Source of the DNA: Promethearchaeota archaeon
GTDB taxonomy: Archaea; Asgardarchaeota; Lokiarchaeia; Sigyniarchaeales; SOKP01
NCBI GenBank assembly: GCA_048938895.1
Contig: JBHLLU010000036.1
Span: 24,792 to 41,113 of the forward strand
DNA length: 16,322 nt
Reading direction: 5' to 3'
This document shows positions 8,061 to 16,322 of the stretch, in pieces. The position numbers and the translations under genes were made by a program. The notes below the pieces were generated by a model. It was not told where the DNA came from, did not search any database, and saw nothing but the letters and a program-made list of their open reading frames with translations. The first letter of the stretch is position 1; each line of letters opens with the position of its first letter.

Positions 8061-9563
8061 TTAGTTATCAGTCATTGGGATTAAAAAAATGAATTTACTA
8101 CCTTTAGTGTAATCTCCTTCAACTTTATCTTCAACCCAAATCTTACCACCATAATTTTCTATAATCTTTTTTACAAGAGTCAAACCAAATCCTAGACCCT
8201 TTGTTCCTTTTTCTTTTTTGAATCTTTCTTCAAAGATAAGTATTTTCCTTTTGTCAGGAATCCCCATACCATTGTCTATTATTTCAAATTTAATGAATTT
8301 TGTGTTTTTTTGCAATTCTTTGGAAACTCTTATAACAATCTCAACTTTCGGTTTATCATTGTAATTAATAGCATTGATTATTAAATTTTCAAAAACATCG
8401 ATTAAAAGATCATTAGTTTGGATATAAATTTCATCTTGAAATGAATCTATAGAAATATCAATATTCTGATTCCCTTTAATTACATTTATCGTATCTTTCA
8501 GTAATTTGTTCAATTCAATAGTCTTATATGATTTTTCTGTACTATCTAAAGAAGATAGTTTTTGGACGTTAGCAACTAATTTCTTCCCTCGTAAAAATTG
8601 TGTTTTAACTATTTCATATAGGTTTGTTAATTCACTTTTTTTTTCCGGTTCATTTAGATATTGCTCACTTAGTTCAATTGAGAAGCCTATATTCGTAAGT
8701 ATATTGTTGATATCATGATAGAACAAATCTTTGTATAATTCAGCTCTATTATAAGCTTCTCGAAATTTTTTCTCAGATTGTTTTAACATCCTCTCTGCTT
8801 CTTTTTTTTCAGTAATATCTCGAGTAAATCCGTAAAAACCGATTTTTCTTCCTGCAACATCATATCTTAAATAAAATGACCCTTCAAAAGTACGTATTTC
8901 TCCATCATTTCTTGTAACTTGACTTTCAAAAATACCTTTTGGAAGATTATTGACATATACATTATTAAAAGTTTTAAATACATCTGATATTGTTTTTTCA
9001 TCTACAAATTTACCATAGCTGTTTCCTAAAAGCTCTTTTTTAGGTACTCCTAAATATCTGCTTATATAGTCATTTACATATGTATAATTTCCCTTAAGAT
9101 CTACTTCAAAATATCCATCCTCAATGTTCTCAATGATTTCTCTATATTTTTTATCTGATTCCATTAAGTTTTGTTGTGTTTCCTTCATTTGAGTTATATC
9201 TCTTAACAATACCACTATTTTGGCAGGATCAGTATAATCGCGAAATGAACCATTCACTGAAAATGGGATGAAATATCCATTTTTATGCAGTATTCTAATT
9301 TCAGCAGAAAATTTATTCTTATTTTTTATTATATTAGTGCTTATCTTGTCTATTATTCTTGATCTATCATCATGATGTATAAGATTAATGAAATTTTCTC
9401 CAATTATTTCTTTTAAATCATAACCAAGTAAGTCAAAAGCTTGTTTATTACTATAACCAATAGTTAAATCTAGTTCTAATTCAAATAATATATCCAAAAT
9501 ACTATTTATAAGGTTGAAATAACTAATTTCAGGGCTTTTTATTTCATCAAATGGGTTACTCAT
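8061..9563 (-). CDS. Cytoplasmic PAS-PAS sensor histidine kinase
   Basis: Two PAS/PAC domains, each ending in RDIT. H-box FYHDINNIL, N-box FENLIINAINYN, G1 DNGMGIP and G2 GLGFGL. No transmembrane helix is apparent. Confidence 0.93.
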   Translation of the reverse strand: MSNPFDEIKSPEISYFNLINSILDILFELELDLTIGYSNKQAFDLLGYDLKEIIGENFINLIHHDDRSRIIDKISTNIIKNKNKFSAEIRILHKNGYFIPFSVNGSFRDYTDPAKIVVLLRDITQMKETQQNLMESDKKYREIIENIEDGYFEVDLKGNYTYVNDYISRYLGVPKKELLGNSYGKFVDEKTISDVFKTFNNVYVNNLPKGIFESQVTRNDGEIRTFEGSFYLRYDVAGRKIGFYGFTRDITEKKEAERMLKQSEKKFREAYNRAELYKDLFYHDINNILTNIGFSIELSEQYLNEPEKKSELTNLYEIVKTQFLRGKKLVANVQKLSSLDSTEKSYKTIELNKLLKDTINVIKGNQNIDISIDSFQDEIYIQTNDLLIDVFENLIINAINYNDKPKVEIVIRVSKELQKNTKFIKFEIIDNGMGIPDKRKILIFEERFKKEKGTKGLGFGLTLVKKIIENYGGKIWVEDKVEGDYTKGSKFIFLIPMTDN

Positions 9564-9755
9564 CCTTGAACCTCTTATTGAAAGATAACTTAAAACAAAA
9601 ATATAATAGACTTCTAAAATTTAATCTTTTCTTAAGAAAGTTTTTTTTTTCTTTTGTTATGAAGACTTTATAAAATTAAAAAATATTATTAGAGAAAAGT
9701 AGATCAATAAAAACGGATGAAAATTATTAGATTTTCTAATATCCCTAAGTGTTAT

Positions 9756-10301
9756 TCAATCTTTCTTTTGCTCTGATAACCATTTATTAAAACTTTGTTT
9801 TTCTTTTATTTTAAATTTCTTTAAATAAGGATAAAATATTTTAAAATCTCTCTCTGTATCAACCACTCCTTCATGGGCGATTCTTGTTGAGTCATCATAC
9901 TCATAGAGAAAGGCCGGCTTCCCTTGCTTTTTTAGATACTTGAGATTTTCTGCAATAACCCCACTATTGTTCTGCCATATGACAAGGGCAAAATCGCAGT
10001 CCGCCATCATATTTCTTTCCCTTTCCTTAAGTCTATCTCCATACTTCACATCTCTCCATCCTCCAGCATTATATCTCAAAGTTCTGGCATTTCCAACTAT
10101 AACATTCTTATAATTCTTCGATGCGAGATAATCCTGAAATAATCTGCATGATCCCCGAGCTTCGGCAACAATAATAGTGACATCTTTTCTCATGGCATCA
10201 TCAAGTCTCTCTTTAATTCTTGAGGGTAAAACCTTTGCATTATAGCCACTACTCCCCATCAAAAGTAATTTATTTCCTTTAGAATAAGTCCATAATTTCA
10301 T
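9756..10301 (-). CDS. Probable SLOG-superfamily (YspA-like) Rossmannoid nucleotide-binding protein
   Basis: LLLMGSS, IIVAEARG...FQDYL, R.N.G.W and ERERNMMADCDFALVIWQNNS...LKKQGKP resemble the SLOG consensus (GS; GxAxG; RN..M...D....WDG.S.GT...GKP). Confidence 0.65.
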   Translation of the reverse strand: MKLWTYSKGNKLLLMGSSGYNAKVLPSRIKERLDDAMRKDVTIIVAEARGSCRLFQDYLASKNYKNVIVGNARTLRYNAGGWRDVKYGDRLKERERNMMADCDFALVIWQNNSGVIAENLKYLKKQGKPAFLYEYDDSTRIAHEGVVDTERDFKIFYPYLKKFKIKEKQSFNKWLSEQKKD

Positions 10302-10525
10302 TTTGATGATTTTTTGCCTCGCATTATATTCTTTCTTTAGCTATTTTTTCTCTTTTATAACTTTCTTCAGAAATTCTTCTTTAACGATTTTCCTAATTAA
10401 ATATATTACTCTTAATATCTTAAAAATATAGAGGATTGTAGGTAATGAATGCTAAAAACTAAAACGTGTAAGAATAAATATAAGTAATTTCTCAAAAATT
10501 GTAACAAAGTGTTTAATAATTCGAT

Positions 10526-11737
10526 ATGGCTAAAATTGGATCTTTTTTTGCTTTTGAACTCGAGGATACGGGAGAACAGAAGGAATTATTCTTCTCTGAG
10601 AAAGATATAGCACAATATCTTGATCCAGAACAAGTCCTAATCCTTATTAGAGAAGATTTAAGGAGGATTTTCATATGGAATGGGGCTAAATCACCAGTTA
10701 AAAAAAGATTCATAAGTTCCAAAGTTGCTCGAGAGATACAAGGAGAATTATTGAAGGATCCTCATTTCCATCAATGTAAAATTGTCTCTGTTGACCAAGG
10801 AGATGAGGTCGAAGAATTCCTTGATGCGTTTAATTTGGAATCAATGGAAGTTGAAGAAACATTAGAAGATATGAGATATGTGCGCAATAGTGATAAACCC
10901 AAAGTTAAAAATAAGAAAAAATTTCCCAAGGAACGGGAATTTACAATTAATCAGTACTTAAAACTGAGATTAATTAAAGGACAAACTGTAATTTATATTG
11001 ATGATAAACCCTTTCATCAATGTAAATATCTTCTTCTGAACCTTACTCAAAAGGATTTTACTGAATTTGAACATATTGACTCAATTGACGAAGCATTCGA
11101 GATTTATAATCAAATGGATAAGAATCATGAAAAGGATCACGAGTTAATTGATCCTATATCGGAATTCATCGGTCATTGCTCTAATCTCCAAGCATGGTAT
11201 GAATATGATTATGATCTTAGAATTCTTCATAGTAGTTTATCCATCCCCTTGTTAAAGAAAATTGCATTATTAGGAGATACAAAAGCTATTATTCGGCTTA
11301 AAGAAAGTATCGCTACTAGGATTGCCTCAAAAAATTTTAATACAATCATATTTTACCTGAACGAGAAATATTTCCAATTGTTTTCAAATGATGAACTGGA
11401 AGCCATGTTTGATGATTGGCTTGAGAAAAACGTTAGTTTTGCCTTTATGGAGAAGAGGCGATTATGGTACCCCCTATTAAAGGAATTGATTGAACGCGGA
11501 ATCACCCGAGCCCAAAAAATCATTAAAAACGAAATTATTTTCTATTTAAAAAGTGTTAATTTTGAAGCATATCGATATTTATTAATGAATGATTTTTTTA
11601 AGCTTCTGAATTTAGAGGATCTTGAGGAACTTTATGACTTAATTCCAAAAAAAGATAAAATCGCTATGCGACGAGTTGAAGCGCTAATTCTTAAAGCAAC
11701 TCTTAAAAAGAGAAGAAATCTAAAAGTAGAAAGCTAA
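10526..11737 (+). CDS. Gelsolin-like domain fused to a Lokiarchaeia-expanded uncharacterised domain and a tandem helical repeat
   Basis: Residues ~30-103 (LDPEQVLIL...IFIWNGAKSPVKKRF...VDQGDEVEEFLDAF) match the gelsolin consensus LD..D.FIL....IYIW.G......QG.E...F. From residue 138, EFTINQYLKLRL...QCKYLLLN...SIDEA...EFIGHCSNLQAW...LHS...PLLKK. Confidence 0.85.
   Translation: MAKIGSFFAFELEDTGEQKELFFSEKDIAQYLDPEQVLILIREDLRRIFIWNGAKSPVKKRFISSKVAREIQGELLKDPHFHQCKIVSVDQGDEVEEFLDAFNLESMEVEETLEDMRYVRNSDKPKVKNKKKFPKEREFTINQYLKLRLIKGQTVIYIDDKPFHQCKYLLLNLTQKDFTEFEHIDSIDEAFEIYNQMDKNHEKDHELIDPISEFIGHCSNLQAWYEYDYDLRILHSSLSIPLLKKIALLGDTKAIIRLKESIATRIASKNFNTIIFYLNEKYFQLFSNDELEAMFDDWLEKNVSFAFMEKRRLWYPLLKELIERGITRAQKIIKNEIIFYLKSVNFEAYRYLLMNDFFKLLNLEDLEELYDLIPKKDKIAMRRVEALILKATLKKRRNLKVES
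11246..11638 (+). repeat. Two 56-aa helical protein repeats with a 75-aa period (11246-11413 and 11471-11638)
   Basis: Ungapped alignment of PLLKKIALLGDTKA...NF...LEAMFD with PLLKELIERGITRA...NF...LEELYD gives 18/56 identities, counted by hand. Confidence 0.8.
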
Positions 11738-11747
11738 TTGATAAATT

Positions 11748-12293
11748 TTAGTATCTTAATCTTTCTTGACCTATTGTAGAGAGACCTCCATGACCTGGAT
11801 ATATTTTAAACTCATCCGAAATCTTAGGATAGTATAATATTTTTCTAATACTTGCCATAAGATATTCATAATTCATAAGTTGTCTTGGGAGCCTTCCTCG
11901 TAATAGGGTATCACCAGTGAAGATTAGAGTATTTTTATAATCTATCAGCATTATGTCATTTTTAGTGTGACCTGGGGTTTCAATTACATGAAGCCGTTCT
12001 GATCCTATTTCAATTATATCATTTTCTTTTACAAAATGAATATCTTCAAGATTTGATTTTCCAACACCATTGATCAAAAGGGGGATATTAAAATATTCCA
12101 TAATATCATAAGCACATTGAATATGATCGTGGTGTGGGTGTGTGCCTATTAAATAAATCGGTTTATATCCTCCTCTCTTAATACTATTTATAACTTCGTA
12201 AGAATCAATCCCAGGATCGATAATTCCAATTTCTTTTGTACTTTCATCTCCAAAAAGGTAACAATTTGTTCTGAATCTACCACTCACCTTCAA
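11748..12293 (-). CDS. MBL-fold metallo-hydrolase (glyoxalase II-like)
   Basis: TNCYL, IIDPG, THPHHDHI (HxHxDH), TPGHT, FTGDTL and YPGHG. The real start may be ATT at 12308. Confidence 0.93.
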   Translation of the reverse strand: MKVSGRFRTNCYLFGDESTKEIGIIDPGIDSYEVINSIKRGGYKPIYLIGTHPHHDHIQCAYDIMEYFNIPLLINGVGKSNLEDIHFVKENDIIEIGSERLHVIETPGHTKNDIMLIDYKNTLIFTGDTLLRGRLPRQLMNYEYLMASIRKILYYPKISDEFKIYPGHGGLSTIGQERLRY

Positions 12294-12495
12294 CTGATCT
12301 AAGATAATATTACATCACCGCTTTATTCAATAATAATAAATAGGATGAGAAAAAGTCAAATATTTTATTATTTTTCTTATTTCGATCAAATAAAATATTA
12401 CAAATGAGCAAAGAAAGTTTAAAAGGTAACTTGTCGATATTATAAGTAAATCCATAGTGTAAATATTATAAAAAAGTATTAGGAGAAGTGAGAAT

Positions 12496-13023
12496 ATGTA
12501 TTGCCCTCATTGTGGCACAAAATTAGCCGATTCAAATCAAAAATATTGTCATAATTGTGGAATTGAAGTCCAAGCAACATCTAATATAAATAGTTATGAA
12601 CCTGAAATAATACAAAGTAAACCGGAACCTAAAACGTATTATGCCCCTGTCGTACCGGGGCAAAGACAATCACAAATAGGACTCCCTGGAAAATATTCAA
12701 GATTATGTTTAGGGTTAGCTTTAACTTCCGTATTAATAGGAATAATATCTTTGGCTGTGGGCTATAGTTTTTTAAGGAGTTATGATTGGGGATATGATCC
12801 CATAGTAAGAATATTGATACCAACAGTAAACCTACCGATACGTATAGGAGGGTTAATCGCGGGTATCTTTGGTAAAGTAAACGGATCAAAAGCAGAAATT
12901 TTCGAACCTTATAACGATTCTGAAAAAGCAGGGAGTATTTTTGCAACTTTCGGGATTATTATAAATTCTATAGGAATTTTTCTAGTACTTTTCGGTCCGT
13001 TTTCCATTATAGGGTATTGGTAA
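12496..13023 (+). CDS. Zinc-ribbon domain membrane protein
   Basis: MYCPHCG...YCHNCG, a P/Q-rich linker and three hydrophobic segments. SD AGGAG at 12481-12485. Confidence 0.88.
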   Translation: MYCPHCGTKLADSNQKYCHNCGIEVQATSNINSYEPEIIQSKPEPKTYYAPVVPGQRQSQIGLPGKYSRLCLGLALTSVLIGIISLAVGYSFLRSYDWGYDPIVRILIPTVNLPIRIGGLIAGIFGKVNGSKAEIFEPYNDSEKAGSIFATFGIIINSIGIFLVLFGPFSIIGYW

Positions 13024-13186
13024 TTAATTGTTTATTATATAAATTTCTAAACATAAACAATAGATATCTTATTTTTTCATATCTATCCTAGCTTTATTAA
13101 TGTTCAACGAAAAAATCATATATAATCCAATATTTTGAACAAAATAATATAATGTTGAAACAACTTATTGGTATTTTGTCAAAGAT

Positions 13187-14785
13187 TTGATGGAAAAGAT
13201 GAGTGATTCAGTTATCGAAATTGTTGATTTGTTTTATAAGCCAAGATCAGTTGCAGTTATTGGTGCTTCGAAAGTTCCTATGAAAGGTGGGAACCGTATT
13301 GTTAAAAACTTATACAGAAATGGTTTCAAAGGTCCGATTTATCCTATTAATCCTAACTATAATGAAGAAGATGAACTATGTGGTTTTAAATTTAAAAGAT
13401 CTGTATTAGATATTGAAGACGAAGTAGATCTTGCCATTTTTTATGTAAACAATCGTATTGTAACTAAGATTCTAAAAGATTGTGTCAATAAAGGAGTAAA
13501 AGCGGCAATTATACAAAGTGCTGGTTTTGAGGAAGTAGGAGTAGAAGGATTAAAATTAAGGGATGAAATTGCTGCTATTACCGAGAATTTCTCCAAGTTA
13601 CGTATTGTCGGGCCTAACTGTATGGGAATCAGTCGGTTCGATGGAAATTATAAGGACAAAGAAGGAGGCTTCTTCACTGGACAATTTACTCTAACGAATT
13701 ATAAAAGAGGTAATGTGGCGATCATCACCCAAAGCGGGTTCTTGAATGGTGGAATCGCACCACTAATTTTTCAACAATATCCAAATCTGGGATTTAGATA
13801 CATTGTTTCCATTGGTAACAAAATGGACTTAGGAGAAAATGAATTTTTAGAATATATCTTAAAAGATGATACTGTAAATGTTATAGCAATTTATTTAGAG
13901 TCGTTTAAAGAGCCCAGAAAATTCATCTCATTATGCAGAGAAGCAAAAAAATTACCTAAAAAAACCATTATTCTTGTAAAAGGTGGGAAAACAAGCCAAG
14001 GGATGAAAGCAGCTTCAAGTCACACAGGAGCTTTAGCTGAAGATGAAAGATTGATAGATGCAATTATTAAGCAGGCAGGAGTGATTCAAGCAAATAATTT
14101 CTTTGAAATGTTCCAATTTCTAAGAACATTTTCCATGATGTATAAGTCCGGCAAAGAGTTCCCCCGAAAAGGAAATATCGCTCTTGTTGTTGGGAGCGGG
14201 GGAATGGGAACTGTTATGGGAGATGTTGCAGTGAAATATGGATTAAAATTCCCTGAATTTGGGGAGAAGAGTTATAATATTCTAAAAAGCGTGTTTCCTG
14301 ATTGGATGCCTCCAAACCGATTTGCTCTTGTTGACTCTTGGCCAACGATGGAAAAAGCAATGAGTGACGCAGCCAAAAAAACCAAAAACACTAATAAAAA
14401 CTCAAACAAAAATGGATCTATAAATGGAAGTGAAAGGGATCTGTTTCGTATGATGGGTTCTTCTGGAAATGTTATGCAAGTAATTCAAAGAGCTGTGTTA
14501 GAAGAACCTAAAATAGAAGGATTATTTACATCAATGCCGGGAGGTCCAAGAGGACGGGAAGGAACATTGGACTTTATGAAAAAGATGCTGGAAGGCATAG
14601 CAAAATATCCTAAACCGATATTCTTTTATTCTGTGATGGAAAGTGAGGGAACGTTAGAAATGTTACGAACGTATGGGGAATATAATATTCCTGTATTTTC
14701 TAGAACAGAAGATGCTGCCAAAAATTTTGCGATTTTGGTTCAAGAAACAAAAAATAAAGAGAAATTTTTAAAATCATTAAAGTAA
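13187..14785 (+). CDS. acdA: ADP-forming acyl/acetyl-CoA synthetase alpha subunit
   Basis: PRSVAVIGAS, IYPINP, SAGFEE, RIVGPNCMG, TQSG, SIGNKMD, YLES and the phospho-His motif ASSHTGAL. There is no fused ATP-grasp beta domain. The start could be 13187, 13190 or 13199. Confidence 0.9.
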   Translation: MMEKMSDSVIEIVDLFYKPRSVAVIGASKVPMKGGNRIVKNLYRNGFKGPIYPINPNYNEEDELCGFKFKRSVLDIEDEVDLAIFYVNNRIVTKILKDCVNKGVKAAIIQSAGFEEVGVEGLKLRDEIAAITENFSKLRIVGPNCMGISRFDGNYKDKEGGFFTGQFTLTNYKRGNVAIITQSGFLNGGIAPLIFQQYPNLGFRYIVSIGNKMDLGENEFLEYILKDDTVNVIAIYLESFKEPRKFISLCREAKKLPKKTIILVKGGKTSQGMKAASSHTGALAEDERLIDAIIKQAGVIQANNFFEMFQFLRTFSMMYKSGKEFPRKGNIALVVGSGGMGTVMGDVAVKYGLKFPEFGEKSYNILKSVFPDWMPPNRFALVDSWPTMEKAMSDAAKKTKNTNKNSNKNGSINGSERDLFRMMGSSGNVMQVIQRAVLEEPKIEGLFTSMPGGPRGREGTLDFMKKMLEGIAKYPKPIFFYSVMESEGTLEMLRTYGEYNIPVFSRTEDAAKNFAILVQETKNKEKFLKSLK

Positions 14786-14786
14786 G

Positions 14787-16322
14787 TTATATCTCTCGAG
14801 CAAAATCATGAGCATCTTTTATGGCTTCTCGAATGTCTCTCGGTTGATTACAATCTCCAATAAACACTATTTTAGGAATTTTGCCTTCAAACTCTTTTTC
14901 TAATTTCTTTTTTTCTGTAATTCGAGATCCACAAAACACTAGAGTATCTGCTTCAATAAAATGTTCTTCACCTTTATTATCGAGATATTTAACTTCAGTA
15001 TCAGTTACATCTTCCAGTTTGGAATTATATATTAAAGGTAAGTTCTTCTCTTTGAAGTACTCATAAATCCATAAATACCTTCCAGAAAGTCCCCTGATTG
15101 ACCTACCCATAACATCCTCTTGTCCAATAATGGCTTTAACGTTATATCCCTGTTCCAGTAAGGTTATTGCTGTTTCAACTCCTCCACGCCAATAGGTATC
15201 AAGCCCCCATATAACTATGTCTTTCCCTAATGATTTACTCTTTAGAATTGCTTCATCTTGGGTTACTACATTTGTTCTATCTTTGTATTTAATAGGAACT
15301 GTAGCTTTAGTTCCAATTGCGAACACTAAGACATCCGGATTCATAGAAATAATATCATCCATACTTAAATCACTATTTAGATGGATTGGTGTTTCGAGTA
15401 TGTTCAATTGATGCTGCAACCAATTTGGTAAATTCAAATACTCTTCCTTTTTATATTCTGCTGCAACTAGATGTATTAAACCCCCGAGTTTATCTGATTT
15501 TTCATAAAGATGAACTTGATGACCACGAATCGCACATACCCGAGCTGCTTCCATTCCGGCAATTCCTCCCCCTAAAATTAGGATCTTCTTGGGATTAGTC
15601 GTGGGTACTATATCTTTTTGAAAAGGACCGGTATAGGGATCATATACGCAGACTCCTGCTCCACATGCAGCGATACACCCGAAACAGGTTTTTATTTCTT
15701 CAATATGACCATTGAAGTATTTGTTGGCGGATTCAGGATCACAAATTAATTGTCTTCCCAAATTAATTATATCTGCTTTTCCTTGTTGGATAAAGTCATC
15801 AGCCATTTTTAGATTTGTAATTCTCCCCACTCCCATAACTGGAATATCAACAACATTTTTTATACTAGCAGCTAAATGTATAAAACCCCCTTGAGGAATA
15901 TAAGAGGGTGGTGTAATCCCTTGAGGAGTTCTTACATTTATACCCATACTGACGTCTAAACAATCAACTCCTAGTTTTTCATACATTTGAGCATTTTTTT
16001 TAGCATCCTCAAGTTTTATACCTTCTTTGGTTAAACTATCTCCCGCTATTCTAAAAATAATTGGAGGTTCCTCGCCTATCGCTTTTCTTATTTTACTAAT
16101 CGTTTCTTTAGCAAACCGAAAATTATTTTCCAGAGATCCCCCATATTCATCTGTGCGCTGATTATAATAGGGTGAGATGAAATCATGATATAATGTCCCA
16201 TGGGTGCTATGTACTTCAATGTAATCAAATCCACCTTGAATCCCATTTGAAGCTGCTTGAGCCATGAGATCTTCTATCCCAAGTATCATTTCTTTAGTTA
16301 AAGGAACAATTTGTATATCATT
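14787..16322 (-). CDS. NADH:flavin oxidoreductase (OYE TIM barrel, Fe-S motif, FAD/NAD domain; FadH/BaiH-like), 5'-truncated by the window edge
   Basis: GFDYIEVHSTHG, NQRTDEYGGSLEN, GRQLICDP, a Cys cluster and ILGGGIAGMEAA. The frame stays open from ATG 16289 to the window end (NDIQIVPLTKE), so the N-terminal half of the barrel lies outside the window. Confidence 0.92.
   Translation of the reverse strand, partial: NDIQIVPLTKEMILGIEDLMAQAASNGIQGGFDYIEVHSTHGTLYHDFISPYYNQRTDEYGGSLENNFRFAKETISKIRKAIGEEPPIIFRIAGDSLTKEGIKLEDAKKNAQMYEKLGVDCLDVSMGINVRTPQGITPPSYIPQGGFIHLAASIKNVVDIPVMGVGRITNLKMADDFIQQGKADIINLGRQLICDPESANKYFNGHIEEIKTCFGCIAACGAGVCVYDPYTGPFQKDIVPTTNPKKILILGGGIAGMEAARVCAIRGHQVHLYEKSDKLGGLIHLVAAEYKKEEYLNLPNWLQHQLNILETPIHLNSDLSMDDIISMNPDVLVFAIGTKATVPIKYKDRTNVVTQDEAILKSKSLGKDIVIWGLDTYWRGGVETAITLLEQGYNVKAIIGQEDVMGRSIRGLSGRYLWIYEYFKEKNLPLIYNSKLEDVTDTEVKYLDNKGEEHFIEADTLVFCGSRITEKKKLEKEFEGKIPKIVFIGDCNQPRDIREAIKDAHDFAREI

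Noticed and set aside
10302-10400. Coding-like in-frame extension of the SLOG-like gene across a TAG at 10343-10341 (possible readthrough)
   Set aside because: There is no ATG, GTG or TTG upstream in that frame. The purine-rich tract contains a TTATAAAA box and is better explained as promoter.
10764-11030. FHQCK occurring twice in the gelsolin fusion
   Set aside because: The flanking sequences do not align and the two copies belong to different domains, so this is probably coincidence.
13101-13141. TGTTCAA...TTGAACA inverted repeat around a TATA-like tract upstream of acdA
   Set aside because: Only 7 bp with a 27-nt spacer in AT-rich DNA, which is not distinguishable from chance.
4686-15894. 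Other short overlapping ORFs in the track (4686, 5844, 6735, 8506, 10513, 12629, 14881, 15217, 15386, 15712)
   Set aside because: They are antisense or alternate-frame overlaps of confident genes with no recognisable features.
1-16322. CRISPR arrays, tRNA/rRNA genes and IS elements
   Set aside because: I saw no regularly spaced repeats, cloverleaf, extended GC-rich RNA segment or transposase/integrase motif.

Overview
This is a gene-dense, AT-rich archaeal window that looks like Asgard archaea, probably Lokiarchaeia/Promethearchaeota. That assignment is inferred from a gelsolin-domain protein, a longin-like protein, a Loki-CTERM-like anchor, FN3-like surface repeats and archaeal TATA/GGTGA signals. 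I accept 14 long CDSs: an orphan family-5 ABC solute-binding glycoprotein, a cyclase/kynurenine-formamidase family protein, an amidohydrolase, a longin-like protein, a Zn-ribbon helical protein, a RIO kinase, a ferredoxin-nitroreductase, a PAS-PAS histidine kinase, a SLOG-like protein, a gelsolin fusion, an MBL hydrolase, a Zn-ribbon membrane protein, an ADP-forming acyl-CoA synthetase alpha subunit and a 5'-truncated OYE-family flavoenzyme. I saw no rRNA, tRNA, CRISPR array or mobile element. The top candidate for an undescribed system is upstream of the RIO kinase: a 24-codon ORF with a strong Shine-Dalgarno that is absent from the ORF track, set in a ~250-nt structured leader with mutually exclusive helices (attenuator-like). 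Second is the gelsolin domain fused to a Loki-expanded C/H domain plus a tandem helical repeat. All family calls come from motif recognition by eye; no searches were run.
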